From Blastocatellia bacterium (GTDB lineage Bacteria > Acidobacteriota > Blastocatellia > HR10), in assembly GCA_025055075.1 (NCBI GenBank), contig JANWYV010000045.1, forward strand, positions 22,423 to 86,422: DNA of 64,000 bases. Direction: 5' to 3'. How positions within the stretch are numbered: position 1 is the first letter of the stretch; each line of letters opens with the position of its first letter. A model generated the notes under the pieces. That model was not told the DNA's origin, made no database searches, and saw nothing but the letters and a program-made list of their open reading frames with translations. Below, piece after piece: positions 29,190 through 39,214 of the stretch. A program made the position numbers and the translations under genes.

Positions 29190-30218
29190 TCACTCGATCA
29201 CCCAGAGGTCACCGCTCCGCAGGAGCTTCTCCAAATCGCCCCGTCCGCGTTCGGCAATGGCCGTCTCGATCTGCGCATTGACCAATTCATCGTAGGTCGG
29301 CTTCTCAACGGCGCGGAAAACCCCAACCGGAACTGGATATTCCGGATAATCCATCCGAGCGAGCAAGAACGCGAGGGCCGGATCCGGTCGCTTCTCGTCA
29401 TGCACAAGAAGATCCGACTCCGTGATCCCATTACCGAGGGTCACGACCTCAAGCGTCGTACCGTTCCAACGAATGCCCTTGTCGTGATTCTTCCCGAAGA
29501 TGAGCGGCTTCCCGTGCTCCAACACGACCATTCGATCGTCCTTCACTGGACGGCCGGCGAAAGGCTCGAACGCACCATCGTTGAAGATATTGCAGTTCTG
29601 GAAGACCTCGACGAAAGCGACGCCCTTATGCCGCGCCGCGCGCTCCAACACGTAAGCCAGATGATCTGTATGTCGATCCACTGAGCGCGCGACGAAAGTC
29701 GCCTCAGCCGCCAGTGCCAGGCAGATCGGATTCACGGGCGCCTCGACCGTGCCCATCGGCGAAGACTTCGTCTTCTTGCCAAACTCCGACGTGGGAGAAT
29801 ATTGCCCCTTCGTCAACCCGTAGATGCGGTTGTTGAAGAGGACGATCTTGATGTCCACGTTCCGGCGCATGACATGCAGGAGATGATTTCCGCCAATGCT
29901 CAATCCATCCCCATCGCCGGTGACGACCCACACGGAGAGATCGGGATTACACACCTTGATCCCAGTCGCAATGGCCGGGGCGCGCCCGTGAATGCCGTGG
30001 AAGCCATAGGTGTTCATGTAGTAGGGGAAGCGACTGCTGCAACCGATGCCGGAGACGAAGACGAACTTCTCTCGCGGAATGCCCAGCTCGGGCAAGACCT
30101 TCTGCATCTGCGCCAGGATGGCGTAATCGCCGCATCCCGGACACCAACGGACTTCCTGATCCGAGACGAAGTCCTTCTTCGTCAGTTTCACGCCTTGTCC
30201 GTTTCCTTCCAGCGTCAT
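29190..30218 (-). CDS. korB: 2-oxoacid:ferredoxin oxidoreductase beta subunit
   Basis: WCPGCGD, SGIGCSS, HGR, TPP motif GDGDGLSIGGNH...NN, YGLTKGQYSPT. Confidence 0.93.
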   Translation of the reverse strand: MTLEGNGQGVKLTKKDFVSDQEVRWCPGCGDYAILAQMQKVLPELGIPREKFVFVSGIGCSSRFPYYMNTYGFHGIHGRAPAIATGIKVCNPDLSVWVVTGDGDGLSIGGNHLLHVMRRNVDIKIVLFNNRIYGLTKGQYSPTSEFGKKTKSSPMGTVEAPVNPICLALAAEATFVARSVDRHTDHLAYVLERAARHKGVAFVEVFQNCNIFNDGAFEPFAGRPVKDDRMVVLEHGKPLIFGKNHDKGIRWNGTTLEVVTLGNGITESDLLVHDEKRPDPALAFLLARMDYPEYPVPVGVFRAVEKPTYDELVNAQIETAIAERGRGDLEKLLRSGDLWVIE

Positions 30219-32083
30219 AGCAACTCCCCAATGCGATCAATGATCTCGCTGATCTTAAACGGTCGCCCCTGCACCTTGGAGAACGGGATGGCGTCCACCA
30301 GGTAGCGACCGCGCAGAAGCAGCGCCAGTTGCCCCAGATTCAACTCCGGAACCAGGATCTTCTCGAACCGATGCAAGATCTCCCCCAAGTTGTGAGGGAA
30401 GGGATTCAAATACCGGAGGTGAATGCTCGAGACCGAAGCTCCTTTCTTCTGCCAATGCTCTACGGCCGAGGTGATCGCCCCATAGGTGCTGCCCCATCCG
30501 ACGACGAGCACCTTGCCCTCCGGCTCGCCGAAGACCTCGAGCGGAGGAATATCGTCCGCGATACGAGCGATCTTCTCGGCGCGCAGCTTCACCATCAGCT
30601 CGTGATTCTTCGGATCGTAGCTCACGTTCCCCGTGATGTGTTGCTTCTCCAACCCACCAATGCGATGCTCGAGTCCGGGCGTGCCCGGAATCGCCCAGGG
30701 ACGCGCCAGGGTCTCCGGATCCCGCAGGTATGGGAAGAATCCATTCGGATCTGTGCGGAACCGAATCTCGATCTTCGGCAACTCCTCGACCGAAGGGAGT
30801 CGCCATGGCTCCGCTCCGTTGGCGAGATACCCGTCCGAGAGCAGGATCACCGGGGTCATGTATTTGATGGCGATCCGAAAGGCTTCGATGGCCATGAAGA
30901 AGCAATCGGCCGGCGTCGCCGGAGCGACCACAGCGACCGGACTTTCGCTATTGCGCCCAAAGAGAGCTTGAAGCAGATCCCCCTGCTCGGTCTTAGTGGG
31001 CATGCCCGTGCTCGGCCCCGCTCGCTGAATATCGCAGATCACCACGGGCAGCTCCACCATCACGGCGAGATTGATCGCCTCCGATTTCAAACACATGCCC
31101 GGCCCGCTGGTGCCGGTCGCGCCCAGATATCCGGCGAAGGCCGCGCCGATGGCCGCGCACATCGCAGCGATCTCATCCTCAGCCTGGAACGTGCGCACCC
31201 CAAAATTCTTGTGCACGGCTAATTCGTGCAGGATATCGCTGGCCGGCGTGATCGGATAGCTCGCGTAAAAGAGCGGTCGTCCGGCCAATTGCGAGGCGGC
31301 GATCAACCCCAGCGCCAGCGCCTCATTGCCCGTGATCTTGCGATAGACGCCCGGCGCGATCTGCGCCCGCCGCACGCGATAATGCACGGTGAACATCTCG
31401 GCGGCATCGCCATAGGCATAGCCCGCTCGCAACGCCGTCGCATTGGCCTGCGCGATCGCCGGATTCTTCCGGAAGCGCGTCTCGATCCAGCGCAGCGTCG
31501 GCTCCAGCGGGCGATCGAAGAGCCAATAGACTAAGCCAAGCGCCCAGAAGTTCTTGCACCGCTCCTTATCCTTGGCCGGAAGGTCAATCTCACGCAAGGC
31601 ATTGAGCGTCGCCGTCGTCATCGGGATCTTGTAAACGCGATACTTCGCCAGCGAGCCGTCCTCGAGCGGATTGCTCGTGTAACCGGCCTTCTTCAAGTTG
31701 TATTCGGTGAAGGCATCCACGTTGACGAGGATCATCCCACCTTCCGGCAAATCCGGCAAATGAACCTTCAACGCCGCGGGGTTGAAAGCGACCAGCACAT
31801 CGGGCTGATCCCCTGGCGTCCGCACGTCCTGACTGCTGAAGCAAATCTGATAAGCGCTCACGCCGGGCAACGTCCCCGCTGGCGCACGAATCTCCGCGGG
31901 ATAATCGGGAAATGTTCCGAGATCATTCCCGACCAGAGCCGTCACGTTCGTGAACAACGTCCCAGTCAATTGAATGCCATCGCCGGAATCGCCGGCGAAG
32001 CGCACCGTGACCGTCTCCAATTCGACGATCTGCGGCCTGGCTTCCGGCTCGATGGTCGTGAGCGTGCTCGTTTGCTCCGTCAT
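30215..32083 (-). CDS. korA: 2-oxoacid:acceptor oxidoreductase alpha subunit (gamma-alpha fusion)
   Basis: FAGDSGDG, YPITPAS, QAEDEIAA, TSGPG, QRAGPSTGMPTKTEQ. Confidence 0.93.
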   Translation of the reverse strand: MTEQTSTLTTIEPEARPQIVELETVTVRFAGDSGDGIQLTGTLFTNVTALVGNDLGTFPDYPAEIRAPAGTLPGVSAYQICFSSQDVRTPGDQPDVLVAFNPAALKVHLPDLPEGGMILVNVDAFTEYNLKKAGYTSNPLEDGSLAKYRVYKIPMTTATLNALREIDLPAKDKERCKNFWALGLVYWLFDRPLEPTLRWIETRFRKNPAIAQANATALRAGYAYGDAAEMFTVHYRVRRAQIAPGVYRKITGNEALALGLIAASQLAGRPLFYASYPITPASDILHELAVHKNFGVRTFQAEDEIAAMCAAIGAAFAGYLGATGTSGPGMCLKSEAINLAVMVELPVVICDIQRAGPSTGMPTKTEQGDLLQALFGRNSESPVAVVAPATPADCFFMAIEAFRIAIKYMTPVILLSDGYLANGAEPWRLPSVEELPKIEIRFRTDPNGFFPYLRDPETLARPWAIPGTPGLEHRIGGLEKQHITGNVSYDPKNHELMVKLRAEKIARIADDIPPLEVFGEPEGKVLVVGWGSTYGAITSAVEHWQKKGASVSSIHLRYLNPFPHNLGEILHRFEKILVPELNLGQLALLLRGRYLVDAIPFSKVQGRPFKISEIIDRIGELL

Positions 32084-32101
32084 GTTCTCCTCCCAGGCGA
32101 T

Positions 32102-32569
32102 TCAGGCTCCTTCTGGAGCCGCAAAAACTTGCTCCGAGCGAGGTGGGAGATTGAACACCTCCGCCGGGAAGTGCTCGGCCAGAAAGGCGATGACATCCTG
32201 AACCGAGACCACGCCCGCGACGCGATCGCCTTCGACGACCAGCGGGATATGTCGATACCCACCTTCGTCCATCAGGCGCATCGCCTCCCAGAGGCGCTCC
32301 TCCGGATGCAACGTCACGGGCGACGGCGTCATGAACGATTCGATGGGCGCCTCCAAATCCGCCGACAAGCCGAGAACCTTCATCACGACATCCCGCTCGG
32401 TGAAGATCCCGCGCAAGTGCTCCCCCTCGCACACGAGAACGCAGTGCGCGCGCTTCGTCTTCATCAACTCTAACACATCGCCCACGCGAGTTCCCATCTC
32501 CACGCAGGTTGCTGGGGACAAGGGCAACTCTCGAATCCTCGCCTCTCGCAATGCTTCTTCAACCGACAT
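32102..32569 (-). CDS. Stand-alone CBS-pair protein
   Basis: GIFTERD and [12 protein letters not shown] motifs; C-terminal [11 protein letters not shown]. Confidence 0.88.
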   Translation of the reverse strand: MSVEEALREARIRELPLSPATCVEMGTRVGDVLELMKTKRAHCVLVCEGEHLRGIFTERDVVMKVLGLSADLEAPIESFMTPSPVTLHPEERLWEAMRLMDEGGYRHIPLVVEGDRVAGVVSVQDVIAFLAEHFPAEVFNLPPRSEQVFAAPEGA

Positions 32570-32603
32570 GCCTGTCCCTTCCGAAACCCGTTCGGAAATG
32601 TCA

Positions 32604-32633
32604 ATTATACGCCTCCGTCGGCGAATTGGCCAA
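32604..32633 (-). promoter_or_regulatory. sigma70-type promoter of the CBS-korAB operon
   Basis: TTGGCC-18 bp-TATAAT on the minus strand. Confidence 0.55.
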
Positions 32634-32759
32634 GCGATCCCAGGGGCTTCACCGCGTGGAATCGCAGGCTCTCCCACGCCCATTGAGCGCGCGCTTCCCT
32701 TTCGGTGGCGCGTTCCGCTAAAATGTCCCTGTGTGATGAGCGAATCCGGGGGTCAACGA

Positions 32760-34004
32760 ATGCGACGGCGTTCTGTCGTCGTCCAGATCGGTCGTGTGAA
32801 GATCGGTGGGGATCACCCGATCGCCGTGCAGTCAATGACGAACACGGATACGGCCGATGTGGCGGCGACGGTCGAGCAGATCATCGCTCTCGCGGAAGCG
32901 GGATCGGAATTGGTGCGCATCACTGTGAACACGGAAGCGGCTGCGCGCGCCGTTCCTGAGATCGTCGCACGGGTGCGCGGCCAGGGAATCGAGGTCCCCA
33001 TCATCGGCGACTTCCACTACAACGGTCATCTCTTGCTCTCCCGCTATCGCGAGTGCGCGCGCGCGCTCGACAAGTATCGCATCAATCCGGGGAACGTGGG
33101 CGTCGGCCGTCACCAAGACGAAAACTTCCGCCGCATGATCGAGATCGCTCTGGAGTACGAGAAGCCGATCCGCATCGGCGTGAATTGGGGCTCGCTCGAC
33201 CAAGCACTCCTCACGCAATTGATGGATGAGAATGCCCGGCGTCCCGAGCCCCAGGACGCGCGCGCTGTGCTGCGCGAAGCGATGATCCGCAGCGCTCTGG
33301 ATTCGGCTGCCCGCGCTGAAGCCTACGGGATGCCCCACGATCGCATCGTCCTGAGCGTTAAGACGTCCGATGTCTCGGACGTCATCGAGGTGAACCGCCG
33401 GCTCGCGGCCCGCTGCGATTATCCACTGCACATCGGATTAACCGAAGCCGGCATGGGGCTCAAAGGCATCGTCGCGTCGGCGATAGCACTGGGCGTCCTC
33501 CTTTACGAAGGAATTGGTGACACGATTCGCGTGAGCGTGACCCCAGCTCCAGGAGGCGATCGGCGCGAGGAGGTGCTCATCGCGCAGCAAATCCTGCAAG
33601 CGCTCGGCCTGCGCCATTTCGCACCGCAAGTCTCCGCCTGTCCCGGATGCGGACGCACAACGAGCACGTTCTTCCAAGAGATGGCAGCCGAGGTCCAAGC
33701 GTATATCCATCGCCAGATGCCTGAGTGGAGCCGCCGCTATCCCGGCGTCGAAAACCTGCGCATTGCCGTCATGGGATGCGTCGTCAATGGCCCGGGTGAG
33801 TCCAAACACGCGGACATCGGAATCTCGCTCCCGGGCGCGGGCGAAGAGCCAAAAGCTCCAGTCTTCGCCGATGGCCGACTGGTGACGACGCTGCGCGGGC
33901 CAACGCTCGTGACGGATTTCCTCCGCATCTTGGAAGACTACATTCGCGCCCGCTTCGGCCAGCCTGACGGGGAACACACGACGACACCATCCTCATCGGC
34001 TTGA
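32760..34004 (+). CDS. ispG: (E)-4-hydroxy-3-methylbut-2-enyl-diphosphate synthase
   Basis: [52 protein letters not shown]. Confidence 0.96.
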   Translation: MRRRSVVVQIGRVKIGGDHPIAVQSMTNTDTADVAATVEQIIALAEAGSELVRITVNTEAAARAVPEIVARVRGQGIEVPIIGDFHYNGHLLLSRYRECARALDKYRINPGNVGVGRHQDENFRRMIEIALEYEKPIRIGVNWGSLDQALLTQLMDENARRPEPQDARAVLREAMIRSALDSAARAEAYGMPHDRIVLSVKTSDVSDVIEVNRRLAARCDYPLHIGLTEAGMGLKGIVASAIALGVLLYEGIGDTIRVSVTPAPGGDRREEVLIAQQILQALGLRHFAPQVSACPGCGRTTSTFFQEMAAEVQAYIHRQMPEWSRRYPGVENLRIAVMGCVVNGPGESKHADIGISLPGAGEEPKAPVFADGRLVTTLRGPTLVTDFLRILEDYIRARFGQPDGEHTTTPSSSA

Positions 34005-34110
34005 TGAGTCGAGCCGCCGAAGGAATGATCCGCGACCTGGGGCTGCAGAGCCCACCCCAGCGCAGGCGAGGCCAACAAAGCGGGACGATCAAAAGGAGGT
34101 GATAACGACC

Positions 34111-34728
34111 ATGTCGGCATCAAAGGCACTCGTGCTCGTGGATGTGCAGAACGATTTCTTGCCGGGCGGATCGCTCGCCGTGCCGGAAGGCGATCGGATC
34201 ATCCCCGTCCTCAACCGGTACATTGACCTCTTTCAGCGAGCAGGCTTGCCGATCTATGCGACGCGCGACTGGCATCCCGAGCAGACGCGACATTTCAAAG
34301 CCTACGGAGGCATGTGGCCCCCGCATTGCGTGCAGGGCACGCGCGGGGCTGAGTTCCATCCCGACTTGAAACTCCCCCCGGAGACGATCCTCATCTCAAA
34401 GGGAATGGATCCGAACGAGGACAGCTATTCGGGCTTCCAAGGTCAAACGGCCGAAGGACGCACGTTCGCCGAGGAATTGAAAGCGCGCGGGATCGAGCAC
34501 CTGTACGTCGGAGGCGTCGCCACAGATTATTGCGTGCGCCACACGGTCCTGGATGCGCGCCGCGAGGGATTTCAGGTGACCGTCCTGGAGGATGCGATCC
34601 GCGGCGTGGACCTGGCGCCCGGCGATTCCGAACGCGCACTGCGAGAGATGATCGAGGCCGGAGCAACTCTCGCGAAATGGGAAGACGTCGCGCGCGAGAT
34701 CGCCGCTTCCGAGGAGATCTCGTCCTGA
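34111..34728 (+). CDS. pncA: Nicotinamidase/pyrazinamidase
   Basis: VDVQNDF, DWHP, WPPHC, K, ATDYCV catalytic motifs. Confidence 0.93.
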   Translation: MSASKALVLVDVQNDFLPGGSLAVPEGDRIIPVLNRYIDLFQRAGLPIYATRDWHPEQTRHFKAYGGMWPPHCVQGTRGAEFHPDLKLPPETILISKGMDPNEDSYSGFQGQTAEGRTFAEELKARGIEHLYVGGVATDYCVRHTVLDARREGFQVTVLEDAIRGVDLAPGDSERALREMIEAGATLAKWEDVAREIAASEEISS

Positions 34729-34757
34729 GACGATCCCCATCCCCTTGCCCACGTCGC

Positions 34758-34787
34758 TTGACAAAGCCGAAACCGAAATAGTAGATT
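34758..34787 (+). promoter_or_regulatory. sigma70 promoter of rpsA
   Basis: TTGACA-18 bp-TAGATT. Confidence 0.65.
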
Positions 34788-34853
34788 TTGCACTCGCATT
34801 GTCGGCCATCCTGAAACGAAAATGTCATGACGAGGAGTGAAGAGGCGATTGCG

Positions 34854-36599
34854 ATGGATGTGAACAATATGGATCAACCGGTGACCGAAGCCCATCCCGC
34901 GGGCGCGCCTCCGGCACCGAGTGACCCCGAGATGAATGTTTCGAGCGAAAGTTTCGGCGAACTGCTGGGCTCTTTTGAAGAGCAAACGACGACGACTCTG
35001 ACCGTCGGCCAACGGCTCACGGGCAAGGTGCTCGCGATCCATGAGGACATGGCATTCGTGGACATCGGCTACAAGACCGAAGGTGTCGTCCCGAGCGAAG
35101 AACTCCGGATCAGCCTGAACGAGATCTCCATCGGCGACGAGATCCCTGTTGTCGTGAAGCATCTGGAGACTCCGGACGGATACGTGAAGCTCTCCTACGC
35201 CGAGGCACAACGTAAGCTCGTGTGGGAGGCCATTGATCGTGCTCTCAAAACGGGCGCCCCCATCAAGGGGCGCATCACCGAGCGCATCAAAGGTGGACTG
35301 AAAGTTAACCTGGGTGGGGTGGACGCCTTCTTGCCGGCGAGCCAAGTGGACCTGCGGCAGGTCCGAAATCTGGAGGCCTGGAAGGGCCGAGAGATCGAAG
35401 CCAAAGTCATCAAGGTCAATCGGCGGCAGAATAACATCGTCCTCTCGCGCCGCGCGCTCCTCGAAGAAGAGGAAGCGCGACGTCGCGCGGAGATTCTCAG
35501 CCAACTCGACGAGGGATATATCGTCGAAGGACGCATCAAGAGCCTGGCCGATTATGGCGCCTTCGTGGACATTGGCGGAATTGATGGCCTCCTTCACATC
35601 ACCGATATCGCGTGGAAGAAGATCGCCCATCCGAAGGAGGTCTTCAACGTCGGTGAGATCGTCCAGGTGAAGATCCTCAAAATTGATCGAGAGACGGGAC
35701 GCATCAATCTCGGGTATAAGCAGCTTTGGCCCAATCCGTGGGATACCCTCGCCGAACGATTGCCGCCCGGTTCTCGCATCAAGGGCAAGGTCACGCGCAT
35801 CACCGACTACGGGGTGTTCGTCGAGGTGGAGGAGGGCATCGAGGGACTGATCCACGCGTCTGAGTTGACATGGGAGAAGCGCCCGAAACACCCGTCGAAG
35901 TACGTGGCCATCGGGGATGAGGTGGTGGTGGAGGTCTTACACGTGGACGTGCCAAACCGTCGGTTGAGCTTGAGCCTGCGACAACTGCAACCGGATCCGT
36001 GGCGGCTCTTCGCCGAGACTCACTCCATCGGCACGCGCGTGCGCGGCCGCGTGCGCGGGATTACGGATTTCGGCGCCTTCGTCGAAGTCGAGAAAGGGAT
36101 CGAAGGTTTGATCCACGTCTCCGACATCTCGCGCCGACGCGTGAAGCATCCCTCGGAGGTCTTGAAGAAAGGCCAAGAGGTTGAGGCCATCATCAAGGAG
36201 CTGGACCTGAGCGCGCGACGCTTGGGGCTCTCGATGAAAGAGCTGGAGCCCGATCCGTGGGAGGAGTTCTTCAACGCTCACCGGGTGGGCGACATCGTCC
36301 GCGGGAAGGTGGTGCGTTTCGCTAGCTTCGGCGCGTTCGTGGACGTAGGGGGCGTCGAGGGCCTTTGCCACATCTCTGAGCTCTCGGACGAACACGTCGA
36401 GAAGCCCGAGGACGCTGTTCAAATCGGCGATGAGCTGGACTTTCGTATCCTGCGCCTGGATCCCGAAAGCCGACGCATTGCGCTCTCGGCCCGCGCTGCT
36501 CGTCGTGATCGCGAACCCGCCTACACGATCGGCGAAGATACGGGACGCATCGCGAGCCTGGGCGAGATCGCGCGACTCCAACAGGGAGAAGGCGATTGA
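34854..36599 (+). CDS. rpsA: 30S ribosomal protein S1
   Basis: Six S1 domains (AFLPASQVD, YGAFVDIGGIDGLLHITD, FGAFVE...EGLIHVSD). Start is either 34827 or 34854. Confidence 0.95.
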   Translation: MDVNNMDQPVTEAHPAGAPPAPSDPEMNVSSESFGELLGSFEEQTTTTLTVGQRLTGKVLAIHEDMAFVDIGYKTEGVVPSEELRISLNEISIGDEIPVVVKHLETPDGYVKLSYAEAQRKLVWEAIDRALKTGAPIKGRITERIKGGLKVNLGGVDAFLPASQVDLRQVRNLEAWKGREIEAKVIKVNRRQNNIVLSRRALLEEEEARRRAEILSQLDEGYIVEGRIKSLADYGAFVDIGGIDGLLHITDIAWKKIAHPKEVFNVGEIVQVKILKIDRETGRINLGYKQLWPNPWDTLAERLPPGSRIKGKVTRITDYGVFVEVEEGIEGLIHASELTWEKRPKHPSKYVAIGDEVVVEVLHVDVPNRRLSLSLRQLQPDPWRLFAETHSIGTRVRGRVRGITDFGAFVEVEKGIEGLIHVSDISRRRVKHPSEVLKKGQEVEAIIKELDLSARRLGLSMKELEPDPWEEFFNAHRVGDIVRGKVVRFASFGAFVDVGGVEGLCHISELSDEHVEKPEDAVQIGDELDFRILRLDPESRRIALSARAARRDREPAYTIGEDTGRIASLGEIARLQQGEGD

Positions 36600-36711
36600 A
36601 GGCGATTAAGGCCCTCTCTCAGTGAATTCTCGCTCCCCAGGCAACCCATCCGCCCTCTCCTGAATCTTAGTGAGCGACCACGTACCACCACGATACCTCC
36701 TTAGTTTGGGC

Positions 36712-36740
36712 GGGGTGAGCCAGAAAGACCGGCTCACCCT
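36712..36740. terminator. Hairpin between convergent rpsA and aminotransferase genes
   Basis: GGGTGAGCC-agaaagacc-GGCTCACCC. Confidence 0.55.
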
Positions 36741-36791
36741 ATCTTCGTTCGATGATGCAAAAATTGCTCGGAAATCCACAAAATTACGCGC

Positions 36792-38096
36792 TCACCTCTT
36801 ACGAGTGACGACGGCGAAGGCGGCTGCCAGCGCCGAGATCAACTCATCAATGTGATCCTTCGTAGCGATCAAGGGCGGACCAATACGAATCACGTTCCCG
36901 TAGAGCCCGCCTCGACCGATGAGCACGCCACGTTTCTTTGTCTCTTCGAAGATCTGCTGCAGAGCTTCGGGATTCGGCTCTTTGGTCTTGGGATCTTTCA
37001 CCAACTCGATCGCTTGCATCAATCCCATGCCCCGCACATCGCCGATGATTTGCGGATACGCTTCCTTGAGTGCCTCCAGTTGCTCGCGCAGATAATCGCC
37101 GACCCGGCGTGCGTTCTTCGGCAATTCTTCCTCCTCGATCACGCGGATCGTCGCCAAGGCGGCGCGACAGGCGACAGGATTGCCACCGAAGGTTGAGAAG
37201 GTGAGCGAAGGATAGGCATCGGCGATCTCCGGCGTGGCGATCGTGGCCCCGATGGGCGTTCCATTGGCCAGACCCTTGGCGAAGGTCATGATGTCCGGCT
37301 CCACCTCCCAGTGCTCGATGCCGAACATCTTCTCCCCCGTGCGCCCCCATCCGGTTTGCACCTCGTCGCAGATGAAGATGCCGCCATAGCGACGTACGAT
37401 CTCGACGACGACTTTGAAGTACTCTTTCGGGGGAACGACGAATCCACCGACGCCCATGATCGGCTCCGCGATGAGCGCAGCGATGCGTCCCGAAGTCGCC
37501 GTTTGAATCAGTTCCTCCACATCACGTGCGCATGCCAGATCGCACGCCGGATAGGTGAGTTTGAAGGGACAGCGATAGCAGTAAGGGGCGACGGCGTGCA
37601 CGATTCCGGCGACATAGGGCGTCCCGAGCTTCCAGGGCGCTTGCCCACTGACGCTCATCGCCAAGGCGGATCGACCGCTGTAGCCGTGGCGCAGCGCGAT
37701 GATTTCCTGCCGCCCGGTGTAGAGCCGCGCGAGCACGAGCGCCGTCTCATCGGCTTCGGTGCCACTGTTGGTGAAGAAGCTCTTTTGCAGTCGTCCCGGC
37801 GTGAGCTCAGCCAGCTTCTCGGCCAATCGCACCTGCGGTTCATTGATGTAGAGCGTGGAGGTGTGCGAGATCTTCCGAACCTGATCCGTGATCGCTTCCA
37901 CGACCTTGGGATGCGCATGTCCGACGCTGATCGTCAGGACGCCGCCGAAACAATCCAAGTAGCGTCGTCCCTGCGCGTCCCACACGTACATCCCTTCGCC
38001 CCGCTCGATCACCAAGGGCTCTCGGTAATACGTCGAGACACACCGGAAGAGGTATTCCTTCTGCTTGCGCACCAATTCCTCGTTGCTCATAGCCAT
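36792..38096 (-). CDS. Class III PLP aminotransferase (AGXT2/GabT-like)
   Basis: SGTEA, DEVQTGWGRTG, TFAKG (PLP Lys), TFGGNP. Confidence 0.92.
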   Translation of the reverse strand: MAMSNEELVRKQKEYLFRCVSTYYREPLVIERGEGMYVWDAQGRRYLDCFGGVLTISVGHAHPKVVEAITDQVRKISHTSTLYINEPQVRLAEKLAELTPGRLQKSFFTNSGTEADETALVLARLYTGRQEIIALRHGYSGRSALAMSVSGQAPWKLGTPYVAGIVHAVAPYCYRCPFKLTYPACDLACARDVEELIQTATSGRIAALIAEPIMGVGGFVVPPKEYFKVVVEIVRRYGGIFICDEVQTGWGRTGEKMFGIEHWEVEPDIMTFAKGLANGTPIGATIATPEIADAYPSLTFSTFGGNPVACRAALATIRVIEEEELPKNARRVGDYLREQLEALKEAYPQIIGDVRGMGLMQAIELVKDPKTKEPNPEALQQIFEETKKRGVLIGRGGLYGNVIRIGPPLIATKDHIDELISALAAAFAVVTRKR

Positions 38097-38276
38097 CAAC
38101 TCCTGGATCGTCTCGGGGGGAAAGCGTACTCCGCAACCGCCGTTTCGCGCAACCAGGCGGAGCCCCATGGGCGGGACGCTCGAGCTGATTCGAGGACGAC
38201 TTGGTCCGAGATTTGACCCTCTCGCAGGTGGAGTGTTACCCTGAAGGATCGGATTTCGTAGGAGTCGAGCGCGACG

Positions 38277-38579
38277 ATGTCGGCGAAGATCACGGTCCTT
38301 CTGTACATCCTCGTGTATTTCGAGCTGGGAGCCATCCTGATCGTGGCGCCGTGGACGTCCTTTTGGAGCGACAATGTGCTTTTGGCGTATCTCGTGCAGC
38401 GCACAGGATCGGCTGAGCTGCTGCTCACATTCAACAGCTTCGCCGTCAAAGCGAGCGTCACCGGACTTGGCGTGCTCAATCTCATCTTGGGCGCGTGGGA
38501 AGCCTCTCGATATCGCGATCTCCTCCGGCTAATCGAAGAAGGGAGGCGACGGCCTTCCTCCTCGGAGAGCGAACGATGA
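38277..38579 (+). CDS. Small membrane protein, unknown function
   Basis: 100 aa with two hydrophobic segments; ATGA overlap with the next gene. Upstream TTGACC-18-TACCCT promoter-like site. Confidence 0.7.
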   Translation: MSAKITVLLYILVYFELGAILIVAPWTSFWSDNVLLAYLVQRTGSAELLLTFNSFAVKASVTGLGVLNLILGAWEASRYRDLLRLIEEGRRRPSSSESER

Positions 38580-39199
38580 AGACGTTGGGGAATCCGCCCC
38601 TGCTCTACCTCATCACCGATCGAAAGCTCTGCCCATCGCGTTCGATCCTCGAGCTCATCGTGGAAGCGGCGCGCGCGGGCGTGGATCTAATTCAGATTCG
38701 GGAGAAGGATCTGCCGATCCGAGAGCTATGCGCGCTCGTCGAAGAAGCGGCAGCGCGAATCGCGGGAACGCCGGCGCGACTCCTCGTCAATGACCGCTTC
38801 GATGTGGCCGTAACTTGCGGCGCTCACGGTGTTCATCTGACGACGCGATCGTTGCCCGCCGCGATCGTGAGAGAGATCGTCGGGCCGGACGTGCTGATCG
38901 GCGTCTCGGCGCATTCGCTCGAAGAGGCGCGCGACGCCGAAATCGGAGGCGCGGATTTTCTTGTGCTCGGCCCCGTCTTCGAGACGCCGAGCAAAAAACC
39001 CTATGGACCGCCCCTCGGCTTGGAAGCATTCGCGTGCATCGCGGTGGCGGTTCGCCTTCCTGTTCTCGCCATCGGGGGCATCACGCCGGAGAACGCGCCG
39101 CAGGTGCTCGCCCGTGGAGCGGCAGGTATCGCGGCCATCCGTATGTTCGTCGAAGCGGAACAGCTCATCCCACTCGTTGCCCGACTCAAAGGGCACTGA
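38576..39199 (+). CDS. thiE: Thiamine phosphate synthase (ThiE/TenI family)
   Basis: LYLITD, QIREK, VNDR, GVHL, SAHS, GPVFETPSK, AIGGI. Confidence 0.82.
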   Translation: MKTLGNPPLLYLITDRKLCPSRSILELIVEAARAGVDLIQIREKDLPIRELCALVEEAAARIAGTPARLLVNDRFDVAVTCGAHGVHLTTRSLPAAIVREIVGPDVLIGVSAHSLEEARDAEIGGADFLVLGPVFETPSKKPYGPPLGLEAFACIAVAVRLPVLAIGGITPENAPQVLARGAAGIAAIRMFVEAEQLIPLVARLKGH

Positions 39200-39214
39200 T
39201 GAGCGCGCTTTCGG

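Noticed and set aside
34005..34110. Possible NAD+ riboswitch upstream of pncA
   Set aside because: Only a simple CTGGGG/CCCCAG hairpin is present, and I could not match the conserved nadA-motif core.
36589..36608. AAGGCGATT tandem duplication at the rpsA stop
   Set aside because: A two-copy 9-mer is most simply a local slippage duplication, with no sign of an inserted element.
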